In this document: piece by piece, positions 8,802-16,620 of the stretch
Numbering within the stretch: position 1 is the stretch's first letter
Layout of the letters: every line of letters begins with the position of its first letter
Assembly (NCBI GenBank): GCA_963767985.1
Contig: CAVYGE010000006.1
Location: 128,169 to 192,168, forward strand
Direction of reading: 5' to 3'
DNA from: an uncultured Chloroflexia bacterium
GTDB lineage: Bacteria > Chloroflexota > Limnocylindria > QHBO01
DNA length: 64,000 bases
Notes under the pieces: generated by a model
What the model was told of the DNA's origin: nothing
What the model saw: only the letters and a program-made list of their open reading frames with translations
Databases searched by the model: none
Translations under genes and position numbers: made by a program

Positions 8802-10052
8802 TCAGTCGGCGCCGAGGATCATGCCCGCGGCAACCGTGTTGTTCGTCGACTCGTCGATGAGGATGAAGCCGCCGGTGGCACGGTTGCGGCGATAGGGATC
8901 CACGAAGAGCGGCGCCGTGGTGCGCAGGCGCACGCGTCCGACCTCGTTCAGCTTCAACCCGTCAACGCCCTCGTCCCGGTGCAGCGTGTTGACGTCCAGC
9001 CGGTACTGGAGCTCCTTGACCACGGCCCGCGCGCTCCGCGTCGTGTGCTTGATGGCCAGCTGCCGACCTGGCGCAAGCCCGCCGTCGGACATCCAGCACA
9101 GCATGGCGTCGATGTTCTGTGACGGTGTCGGCGCGTTGTTCGGGCGGCAGATCATGTCGCCCCGAGAGACGTCGAGGTCGTCTTCGAGCCGAAGGGTGAC
9201 GGACATGGGCGGGAACGCCGCGTCCACCGGTCCGGTGGGGGATTCGATCGCCGCAACGCGCGTCTCGAGGCCGCTCGGCAGGACCACCACGTCGTCGCCG
9301 ACCTGGAAGACGCCACCGGCGACGGCTCCGGCATATCCGCGGTAGTCGCGGTGTCGCTCCGACTGCGGCCGCAGGACGTACTGGACGGGGAAGCGGGCAT
9401 CGATGAGGTTGCGATCACTCGCGACGTGGACGTTCTCGAGGTGGTGGAGGAGGGAGGGGCCCTCGTACCAGGCCATCGCGGACGAGCGCGTCACGATGTT
9501 GTCGCCGCGCAGGGCCGAGATGGGAATCACGGCGAGGTCGGCGACGTCGAGCTTCGCGGCGAACGCCGTGAACTCGCCGCGAATGCCCTCGTACACGTCC
9601 TGGTCGTAGTCGACCAGGTCCATCTTGTTGACGGCGACCACGAGGTGGGGGACCCGCAGCAGCGTGGCGAGGAACGCATGGCGCCGGCTCTGCTCCAGCA
9701 TTCCCTTGCGCGCATCGACCAGGACGATCGCCAGGTCGGCGGTCGACGCGCCGGTGACCATGTTGCGCGTGTACTGGATGTGGCCCGGCGTGTCGGCAAT
9801 GATGAACTTGCGTCGCGGCGTGGCGAAGTAGCGATATGCCACGTCGATCGTGATGCCCTGCTCTCGCTCGGCGCGCAGCCCGTCCGTCAGGAGCGCGAGG
9901 TTGGTGTACTCATCGCCCATGGATCGGCTGGTGCGCTCGATCGACTCCAGCTGGTCATCGAAGATCGACTTCGTGTCGTACAGCAGGCGCCCGATCAGCG
10001 TGCTCTTGCCATCGTCGACCGATCCGGCCGTCGCAAACCGGAGGAGGTCCAT
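8802..10052 (-). CDS. cysN: sulfate adenylyltransferase subunit 1 (GTPase)
   Basis: 416 aa. G1 GSVDDGKSTLIGRLL, G3 DTPGH, G4 NKMD, followed by EF-Tu-like beta-barrel domains. No fused APS-kinase domain. Confidence 0.9.
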   Translation of the reverse strand: MDLLRFATAGSVDDGKSTLIGRLLYDTKSIFDDQLESIERTSRSMGDEYTNLALLTDGLRAEREQGITIDVAYRYFATPRRKFIIADTPGHIQYTRNMVTGASTADLAIVLVDARKGMLEQSRRHAFLATLLRVPHLVVAVNKMDLVDYDQDVYEGIRGEFTAFAAKLDVADLAVIPISALRGDNIVTRSSAMAWYEGPSLLHHLENVHVASDRNLIDARFPVQYVLRPQSERHRDYRGYAGAVAGGVFQVGDDVVVLPSGLETRVAAIESPTGPVDAAFPPMSVTLRLEDDLDVSRGDMICRPNNAPTPSQNIDAMLCWMSDGGLAPGRQLAIKHTTRSARAVVKELQYRLDVNTLHRDEGVDGLKLNEVGRVRLRTTAPLFVDPYRRNRATGGFILIDESTNNTVAAGMILGAD

Positions 10053-10963
10053 CAGAAGTACCCTTCGCGCTTGCGATCTTCCATCGCCGCCTCGCTGACC
10101 CGGTCGTCGCCGCGCGTGGCCCCCCGCTCCGTCAATCGGGTGGCGGCGACCTCGGCCACGATCTCCTCGATGGACGCGGCCTCGGATCGCACGGCGGCGG
10201 TCAGGTTCGCATCGCCCATGGTGCGATAGCGCACCCGCGCGGTGAACGTGGTCTCGCCGTCCTTCGGGAGGCAGAGGTCATTGACGGCATAGAGCATGCC
10301 ATCGCGGTCGAAGACCTCGCGGTCGCGCGAGTAGTACAGCTCGGGGATCTCGATCCGCTGGTCGCCGATGTAGTGCCACACGTCGAGCTCGGTCCAGTTC
10401 GACAGGGGAAAGACGCGCATCGACTCGCCGAGATGGATCCGGGCGTTGTAGAGGCTCCACACCTCGGGTCGCTGGTTCTTCGGATCCCACTGGCCGAATT
10501 CGTCGCGGAAGGAGAAGACGCGCTCCTTGGCGCGGGCCTTCTCCTCGTCACGTCGCGCCCCGCCGAACAGAGCGGTGAACCGATGCTCCTGCGTCGCCGC
10601 CAGCAGGACCGGAGTCTGGATGCGGTTTCGCGAGCCGTTCGGCTCGGGCGTGACCAGTCCGCGCTCGATCGCGTCGGGGACCGATGCGACGATCAGCTGG
10701 ACGTTGAGCTCGGCCGCGCGCCGGTCGCGCATGGCCAGCACCTCGGGGAAGTTCAGTCCGGTGTCCACGTGGAGGATCGGAAACGGAATGCGGGCTGGTG
10801 CGAACGCCTTCTCGGCGAGGTGGAGCATGACGATCGAGTCCTTGCCACCGGAGAACATCAGCGCCGGGCGCTCGGACTCGGCCGCAACTTCGCGGATGAT
10901 GTGCAGGGATTCGGCTTCCAGGGACTCGAGGTGGCTCAGCCGGTAGTCGGGCAGGGCAGTCAT
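10052..10963 (-). CDS. cysD: sulfate adenylyltransferase subunit 2
   Basis: 303 aa. ATP-pyrophosphatase motif FSGGKDSIVMLHL and a typical CysD C-terminus (..KREGYF). Its stop overlaps the cysN start at 10052. Confidence 0.9.
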   Translation of the reverse strand: MTALPDYRLSHLESLEAESLHIIREVAAESERPALMFSGGKDSIVMLHLAEKAFAPARIPFPILHVDTGLNFPEVLAMRDRRAAELNVQLIVASVPDAIERGLVTPEPNGSRNRIQTPVLLAATQEHRFTALFGGARRDEEKARAKERVFSFRDEFGQWDPKNQRPEVWSLYNARIHLGESMRVFPLSNWTELDVWHYIGDQRIEIPELYYSRDREVFDRDGMLYAVNDLCLPKDGETTFTARVRYRTMGDANLTAAVRSEAASIEEIVAEVAATRLTERGATRGDDRVSEAAMEDRKREGYF

Positions 10964-11045
10964 GCAGTTGCGTTCCAGGTACTTCAGGGGTGATCGGGGC
11001 GACGGATCGAATGTGCTTCGCGTCGCGGGCCCGGGTCAGGTCGGG

Positions 11046-11060
11046 TCGCATTGTATGCGA
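11046..11060. promoter_or_regulatory. 15-bp perfect palindrome TCGCAT-TGT-ATGCGA upstream of cysD (candidate operator)
   Basis: AT-enriched perfect inverted repeat about 85 nt upstream of the cysD ATG, in an otherwise GC-rich spacer. Confidence 0.25.
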
Positions 11061-11120
11061 CGATCGGCGCGGCGTCGGATGCGCGAATGAGGACCGGGGA
11101 GGTTAGGGGGTGAGAGGGGT

Positions 11121-11176
11121 GGACCGGTGCGCAAGGGCCGGTGCCCGCCGGCAACGGGGAACGCCCCATTCGGTCC
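11121..11176 (-). promoter_or_regulatory. multi-hairpin structured element in the putative cysDN leader
   Basis: Outer stem GGACCG...CGGTCC encloses two hairpins (GGGC-cggt-GCCC / CCGG..CCGG and GGGG-aacg-CCCC). A second CCCCGGTCC copy downstream on the minus strand could pair alternatively. I did not recognise any known riboswitch class. Confidence 0.2.
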
Positions 11177-11184
11177 ATAGGTCA

Positions 11185-11213
11185 TTGCACATCCGGTACT
11201 TAGGGCCTAGGGT
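11185..11213 (+). promoter_or_regulatory. candidate housekeeping-sigma promoter TTGCAC-N17-TAGGGT for the glycan operon
   Basis: Hexamers are 17 nt apart in the only lower-GC patch of the 370-nt divergent spacer. Embedded in GGTAC-N12-GTACC with two direct TAGGG copies. Confidence 0.3.
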
Positions 11214-11232
11214 ACCTTTCACCTAGCTGATT

Positions 11233-11296
11233 GGGGTCGCTGTTGCCCAACGACCCCCGCTTGGGGGGATGCTGTCTTCTTTTCATCGCGGCATCC
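11233..11296 (+). promoter_or_regulatory. three overlapping, mutually exclusive hairpins in the 5' leader of the GT2 operon
   Basis: H1 is GGGGTCG-N11-CGACCCC (11233-11257). H2 is CCCCC-GCTT-GGGGG (11254-11267). H3 is GGATGC-N18-GCATCC (11267-11296). The arms overlap, so alternative folds are possible. An SD (GAGGGAAG) follows at 11319. Confidence 0.25.
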
Positions 11297-11333
11297 ACTC
11301 GAGCGCAGCGCATATCCCGAGGGAAGCCATCCG

Positions 11334-12392
11334 ATGAACCGTCCAACGATTACCGCAATCATCCCCACTCTCAATGAGCAGGACAACCTTCCACATGTCC
11401 TGCCACGTATCCCCGACTCAGTCGACGAGGTGATCCTCGTCGACGGGCATTCGACCGACCGAACAGTCGAAGTTGCCCGCGAGCTGTTGCCCGACATCAA
11501 GGTCGTCATGCAGCAGGGTCAAGGCAAGGGCGCCGCACTCCGCAGCGGGTTCGAGGCCGCCACCGGCGACATCATCGTGATGCTCGATGCCGATGGCTCG
11601 ACGGACCCCGGCGAGATCCCGAACTTCGTGCACACGCTCCTGGGCGGTGCCGATTTCGCCAAGGGGTCACGGTTCCTGCACAGTGCCGGAACCAGCGACA
11701 TGACGTTCCACCGACGGTGGGGGAACGAGGCGTTCGTCCGCATGGTCCGCCGGCTGTACGGCGGTCGCTACACCGACCTGTGCTACGGCTACAACGCGTT
11801 CTGGCGCCGGGTGCTCCCGGTTCTCGACCTCGATGGCGACGGCTTCGAGATCGAGACCATGATGAACATTCGCGCACTGCGCGCCGGCCTGCGCGTCGTC
11901 GAAGTCCCAAGCTTCGAGGATCGACGGGTCATGGGGGTCGGACGCCTGCGCACCATCCCGGACGGATGGCGTGTGCTCCGGACCATCTGGTCCGAGCGGC
12001 GGCGTGCCGTCACGACCCTCGAGGCTGCCGAGAGCCTGAAGCATCCGCTGGCGCCGCTGGGTGCCGCCACGTCCGGTTGCAATCCCGATCGCGAACGCGT
12101 CGAGCAACGGTCACAGCAACGGCAACGGTCACAGCAACGGTCACAGCAACGGCAACGGCAACGGCCACACCAACGGCAACGGCCACAGTCACTACCCCGA
12201 CCGGATGCTCGTCGACATGGCGATCGCCGATTCGGGCGCCGAAGCGCTGTATTCCGCCGAGCGGGCCGCTCCCTCGCCGGTCGCGCCCGGAACGTGGCAG
12301 TCGCTCGCCGATGGATACGTGTCCCGGCTCGGTTCGCTCATGGGCGCCGTGAGCGGCGACGAGCTTGCGCGCGCCGTCGAGGAGCTGCGTGA
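11334..12392 (+). CDS. GT2 glycosyltransferase resembling polyprenol-phosphate sugar synthases; 3' end unresolved
   Basis: GT-A motifs (ITAIIPTLNEQDNL, VDGHSTDRT, DADGSTDP). SD 8 nt upstream of the ATG. After about 12060 the listed frame becomes Gln/Arg-rich and overlaps gmhA out of frame. The real C-terminus is therefore either near 12060 or continues into the gmhA frame via a frameshift. Confidence 0.7.
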   Translation: MNRPTITAIIPTLNEQDNLPHVLPRIPDSVDEVILVDGHSTDRTVEVARELLPDIKVVMQQGQGKGAALRSGFEAATGDIIVMLDADGSTDPGEIPNFVHTLLGGADFAKGSRFLHSAGTSDMTFHRRWGNEAFVRMVRRLYGGRYTDLCYGYNAFWRRVLPVLDLDGDGFEIETMMNIRALRAGLRVVEVPSFEDRRVMGVGRLRTIPDGWRVLRTIWSERRRAVTTLEAAESLKHPLAPLGAATSGCNPDRERVEQRSQQRQRSQQRSQQRQRQRPHQRQRPQSLPRPDARRHGDRRFGRRSAVFRRAGRSLAGRARNVAVARRWIRVPARFAHGRRERRRACARRRGAA

Positions 12393-12882
12393 GGCCCGTG
12401 ATCGCGGTGCCACGATCTTCATCGCCGGCAACGGCGGGAGCTCAGCCACGGCGGCGCACTGGGTCAACGACCTGGGCAAGGCCACGAAGCTCTCCGGCCA
12501 GCGTCCCCTGCGCGTGATGAACCTGAGCGACAACGTTCCGTGGGTCACGGCCCTCGCGAACGATGAGGGGGTCGATCGCATCTTCTCCGGACAGCTCGAG
12601 AACTTCGCGCGCCCGGACGACGTGCTCATGGTGATCTCGGCGAGCGGGAACTCGCCGAACATCCTGAGTGCGCTCGAGTCAGCCCGAACGCATGGCATGC
12701 GCACGATCGGCCTGATCGGGTTCGATGGTGGAGCGGCCATGTCGCTCCTTGACGTCGCCCTGTGGGTGGAGACCGAGAAGGGAGCCTATGGATTGGTGGA
12801 GACCGCGCACACCGCGCTGGCCGACATCATCACGAGCTGCCTGATCAACGACCGGGTATCGGTCGCCGCCGACCCGGTCTAA
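12061..12882 (+). CDS. gmhA: D-sedoheptulose-7-phosphate isomerase (SIS domain) with N-terminal NGHS-repeat extension
   Basis: SIS motifs (IFIAGNGGSSATAAHWVNDL, VLMVISASGNSPNIL, IGLIGFDGG). GTG 12061 is the first start in frame; an alternative ATG lies at 12205, after the repeat. Confidence 0.8.
   Translation: MPPRPVAIPIANASSNGHSNGNGHSNGHSNGNGNGHTNGNGHSHYPDRMLVDMAIADSGAEALYSAERAAPSPVAPGTWQSLADGYVSRLGSLMGAVSGDELARAVEELREARDRGATIFIAGNGGSSATAAHWVNDLGKATKLSGQRPLRVMNLSDNVPWVTALANDEGVDRIFSGQLENFARPDDVLMVISASGNSPNILSALESARTHGMRTIGLIGFDGGAAMSLLDVALWVETEKGAYGLVETAHTALADIITSCLINDRVSVAADPV
12103..12192 (+). repeat. imperfect tandem AACGGY / CACAGC repeat encoding (N-G-H-S)n
   Basis: agcaacggtcacagcaacggcaacggtcacagc... 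All three forward frames stay open across it. Only the gmhA frame keeps G/C/T at third positions (SNGHSNGNGHSNGHSNGNGNGHTNGNGHSH). Confidence 0.8.
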
Positions 12883-12886
12883 CCCG

Positions 12887-14104
12887 ATGCAGTCCGAGCG
12901 ACCCCGCCAGGCGGTGATCCTGGCGGGGGGTCGCGGCACGCGCATGCGGCCGCTTACTGACGATCGTCCGAAGCCGATGATCGAGTTCCATGGAAAGCCG
13001 TTTCTCGCATATCTCGTCGAGATGCTGGCCGCCCAGGGATTCGAACGCGTGGAGATGCTGCTCGGGTACCGGGCGGAGGTCATCACCGACTACTTCGGCG
13101 ACGGCGATCGGTTCGGGGTGCGCATCGGGTACACGATCTCGGATGCCGACGACCTGACCGCCAGCCGTCTCCAGCTCGTCGAGCCCCGGCTGGACCCCCT
13201 GTTCCTCATGCTCTACTGCGACAACTACTGGCCGCTCGACATGGATCGGCTGTGGGCCCACTACCAGCACGTCGGGCTCCCGGTGATGACCACGATCTAC
13301 GCCAACGCCGATGGCTACTCGCGGGACAACGTGCGGGTGGACGATGGAAGCCGCATCGAGGTGTTCGACCGGTCCAGGACGGCACCGAATCTGGCCGGGG
13401 TCGAGATCAGCTACGCCCTCATCCCGCGGGAGATGTTGAGCCTGCTCCCGGAGGACGGCAACGAGCTCGTCGAGCAGGCACTCTATCCGCGGCTGGCGGC
13501 CGACGGTCTCCTGGGTGCGAACGTGAGCGGACATCGGTACTACAGCGTCGGATCCATGCACCGCCTCCCTCTCACCGAGGCGTTCCTCGCACGAGAGCCG
13601 GCAATCATCCTCGACCGCGACGGGGTGCTGAACGAGCGTCCTCCCCGTGCGGAGTACGTCCGAACCCCGGAGCAGTTCCGGTGGCTTGACGGTGCGCTCG
13701 AGTCGCTTCGCACCCTGCGGGAGGCGGGCTTCCGAGTGATCGTGGTGTCGAACCAGGCCGGGGTGGGGCGCGGCGTGATGACCGAGGCCGACGTCGAGGC
13801 GGTCAACGAACGAATGGCCCATGACGCCGAAGCCGCCGGTGGTCACATTGACGCCGTGTACTACTGTCCGCACGATTGGGAGACGGGCTGTGACTGCCGC
13901 AAGCCGAAACCCGGCATGCTGTTCCAGGCACAGCGCGAACATCATCTGGATCTATCGAGAACAACCTTCATCGGCGACGACGAGCGCGACGGTCAGGCGG
14001 CGGACGCGGCAGGGAGCCGCTACCGCCATGTCGACGACGAGCACACTTTGTTGGCTCACGTGCGCGATCTTGTTGCGGAATCACGCGAAAGGAATCTGGC
14101 ATGA
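12887..14104 (+). CDS. fusion of sugar-1-phosphate nucleotidyltransferase (HddC-like) and D,D-heptose-1,7-bisphosphate phosphatase (GmhB-like)
   Basis: 405 aa. N-terminal NTP-transferase motif (AVILAGGRGTRMRPLTDDRPKPMIEF). C-terminal HAD phosphatase (ILDRDGVLNE, VVSNQAGVGRG, YYCPHDWETGCDCRKPKPGM, FIGDDERDGQAA). Confidence 0.75.
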   Translation: MQSERPRQAVILAGGRGTRMRPLTDDRPKPMIEFHGKPFLAYLVEMLAAQGFERVEMLLGYRAEVITDYFGDGDRFGVRIGYTISDADDLTASRLQLVEPRLDPLFLMLYCDNYWPLDMDRLWAHYQHVGLPVMTTIYANADGYSRDNVRVDDGSRIEVFDRSRTAPNLAGVEISYALIPREMLSLLPEDGNELVEQALYPRLAADGLLGANVSGHRYYSVGSMHRLPLTEAFLAREPAIILDRDGVLNERPPRAEYVRTPEQFRWLDGALESLRTLREAGFRVIVVSNQAGVGRGVMTEADVEAVNERMAHDAEAAGGHIDAVYYCPHDWETGCDCRKPKPGMLFQAQREHHLDLSRTTFIGDDERDGQAADAAGSRYRHVDDEHTLLAHVRDLVAESRERNLA

Positions 14105-15148
14105 CTGCGCAGCGTGTGCTGTTGACGGGACATCGGGGCTACGTCGGATCGGTGATGGCCCCGATCCTCATCGGGGGAGGTCATGACGTCGTCGGACTCG
14201 ACGTCGATTACTTCCGCGGCTGCGACCTCGTGGCGCCGCCGGAGATCCCGAGCATCGAAAAGGACATCCGGGATGTCACCGCCGCCGACCTCGAGGGCTT
14301 CGACGCCGTCATCCATCTTGCCGCGCTGAGCAACGATCCGATCGGCAACCTCAACAGCGGCTGGACCGGATCGATCAACGAAGAAGCCACGGGGCGGGTC
14401 GCCACGCTCGCGCGCGACGCGGGGGTCAAGCGCTTCCTCTTCGCGTCCTCCTGCATCATGTACGGCATGTCGGAGGGCGGCGCCGTCGACGAGACGTCCC
14501 CGCTCAACCCGCAGACCGACTACGCCCGCTCGAAGGTCGTCGGGGAGCGCATGTTGACCGAGCTGGCGACCGATGGCTTCTCGCCGGTTCTCGTGCGCAA
14601 CGGGACGATGTACGGCCTGTCGCCGCGCATGCGATTCGACACCGTTCTCAACAGCCTGGTCGGCGCCGCCATCAGCACCCACAAGATCACCGTCCTCGGC
14701 GACGGCGAGCCGTGGCGCCCCGTCGTCCATGTGCGCGACGTCTCGCGCGGCTTCCTCACACTGCTCGAAGCACCGGTCGAGTCGGTTCACAACCAGGCAT
14801 TCAACCTCGGCACGGAGGATCTGAACATCCAGGTGCGCGACCTCGCCAGGGCCGTGGCCGCGGCGGTGCCCGAGGCCGAGCTCGAGGTGCTCTCACGGCC
14901 GGACGCGGACCAGCGGACCTACCGAACGAGCTTCGCGAAGTTCAACGCGGCGTTCCCCGATTTCGCGTTCGAGTTCAATCCGCACACCGGGGCCGTCGAG
15001 CTGGCCGAATGCCCTGCGTTCGGTCGGCCTGACCCACTCCGACTTCGTCAGCGATCGATTCACCCGGCTGAAGCGCATCGATCGCCTGATCGCCGAGAAC
15101 CGCGTCGACGACGAGCTCCGCTGGCGGGCCGCCGAGGTGGCCGCGTGA
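14101..15148 (+). pseudogene. NAD-dependent sugar epimerase/dehydratase (extended SDR), one apparent +1 frameshift near 15009
   Basis: Rossmann motif LLTGHRGYVGS and catalytic YARSK. After ..GAVELAE the listed frame turns Arg/Pro-rich. The adjacent frame reads ALRSVGLTHSDFVSDRFTRLKRIDRLIAENRVDDELRWRAAEVAA-stop, ending in a GTGA overlap with the next gene. Confidence 0.7.
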
Positions 15149-15594
15149 TCGACGGCGTCAAGGTCGTGCCGCTGCGCCAGATCGTGGACGAGCGCGGCAA
15201 GATCATGCACATGCTCAAGGCCACCGACGAGCATTTCATCGCCTTCGGCGAGATCTACTTCTCGACGGCGTGGCCCGGCACGGTCAAGGCCTGGCACATC
15301 CACCAGACGATGACCGTCAACAACGCGGTGCTGTCGGGGCGGGCGAAGCTCGTCATGTACGACCTTCGCGAGGGCTCACCGACGCGCGGCGAGCTGCAGG
15401 AGGTCTTCATCGGCGAGGACAACTACTGCCTGGTCCAGATCCCGCCCGGCATCGCCAACGGCTACAAGGCCTACGGCGACAAGCAGGTGATCCTCGCCAA
15501 CTGCGGCACCGAGCCGCATGATCCGACCGAGATGCTGCGCATGGACCCCTTCACCGACGAGATCCCCTACGACTGGGGGCTCAGGCATGGCTGA
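15145..15594 (+). CDS. cupin-fold sugar-nucleotide epimerase/isomerase (RmlC/WxcM-like)
   Basis: 149 aa, GTG 15145. Sequence: VIDGVKVVPLRQIVDERGKIMHMLK...AWHIHQTMTVNNAVLSG...IPPGIANGYKAYGD. Confidence 0.6.
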   Translation: MIDGVKVVPLRQIVDERGKIMHMLKATDEHFIAFGEIYFSTAWPGTVKAWHIHQTMTVNNAVLSGRAKLVMYDLREGSPTRGELQEVFIGEDNYCLVQIPPGIANGYKAYGDKQVILANCGTEPHDPTEMLRMDPFTDEIPYDWGLRHG

Positions 15595-16620
15595 GACGGG
15601 CCGCCGTGGAGGACATGCCGAGCACGGCCTGGTCGTGACCCAGACGCCGCTTCGTGTGAGCTTCGCCGGTGGCGGCACCGATCTCCCGGCCTTCTACTCG
15701 ACGGATGGCGGCGCGGTCTTCAGCACGACCATCGACAAGTACGTCTACGTGACGGTGAAGCGCCATGGCCGCGTCTTCGACGAGCAGGTTCGGCTGAACT
15801 ACTCGGTGAGCGAGGCTGTTCACAGCATCGACGCCATTCGCAACGACATCGCCCGGGAGGCGCTCAAGCTCCTCGACATCGAGCCGCCGATCTACATCAG
15901 CGTGGTCAGCGACCTGCCGGACAGCTCGGGCCTGGGTGGTTCGAGCGCGTTTGCCGTGGGGCTGCTCAACGCCCTGCACACGTTCCGCGGCGAGCGAGTC
16001 ACGGCAGCGCAGCTCGCCGACGAGGCATGCCTCCTCGAGATCGAAGTCCTGGGTCAGCCGATCGGGAAGCAGGATCAGTACGCCGCCGCGCTCGGCGGCC
16101 TGAACCTGCTGAACTTCCGGCCGAGCGGTGACGTGTCGGTCGAGGCCCAGATCGCCCGTGAAGGCGCGATCCGCGGGCTGTTCGATCGCCTCGTGATGCT
16201 CTGGACGGGGCATCAGCGCAAGTCGAGCTCCGTGCTCTTCGAGCAGCGAGCGCGCACCGGCGAGCATCGGGTGTTCCTCGAGCGCATGCGGGACCAGGCG
16301 TACGAGCTGCAGGCGCTGATGCGGGAGGCCGGAGCCGGACTACGCTCGTCTCGGGCGGACGCTCGACGCCGGCTGGGAGATGAAGCGCGCCCTCGCCAGC
16401 ACCGTGTCGAACCCGGAGATCGACGCCTGGTATCGGCGCGGGCATGGAGGCCGGCGCCGACGGCGGCAAGCTGTGCGGCGCCGGCGGCGGGGGATTCCTC
16501 CTCTTCGTCGCCGATCCAGCCCATCACGACCGCGTCCGCGACGTCCTCGGCAATCTCACCAGTGTCCCGATCCGCTACGAGGCGCACGGTTCGCGCGTCC
16601 TGCTGGCGCAGGTCGACTGA
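15587..16620 (+). pseudogene. hddA: D-glycero-alpha-D-manno-heptose-7-phosphate kinase (GHMP family), two apparent frameshifts (~16337, ~16443)
   Basis: TPLRVSFAGGGTDLPAFY and the GHMP motif PDSSGLGGSSAFAVGLLNAL. The C-terminal part is recovered in two other frames (DYARLGRTLDAGWEMKRALASTVSNPEIDAWYRRG, then MEAGADGGKLCGAGGGGFLLFVADP...VLLAQVD-stop at 16620). Confidence 0.7.

Noticed and set aside
8159-10963. cysDN-cysC as an ordinary assimilatory sulfate-reduction operon
   Set aside because: This is not fully rejected but is judged less likely. No cysH, sulfite reductase or cysteine synthase accompanies these genes in the window, whereas three PAPS-type sulfotransferases and a pAp-phosphatase-type enzyme do. 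It needs a whole-genome check.
12060-12392. The Gln/Arg-rich 110-aa tail of the GT2 ORF as a real basic C-terminal domain
   Set aside because: It overlaps gmhA out of frame. It has atypical third-position A content across the repeat and then mirrors the gmhA frame. The gmhA frame carries the recognisable SIS domain.
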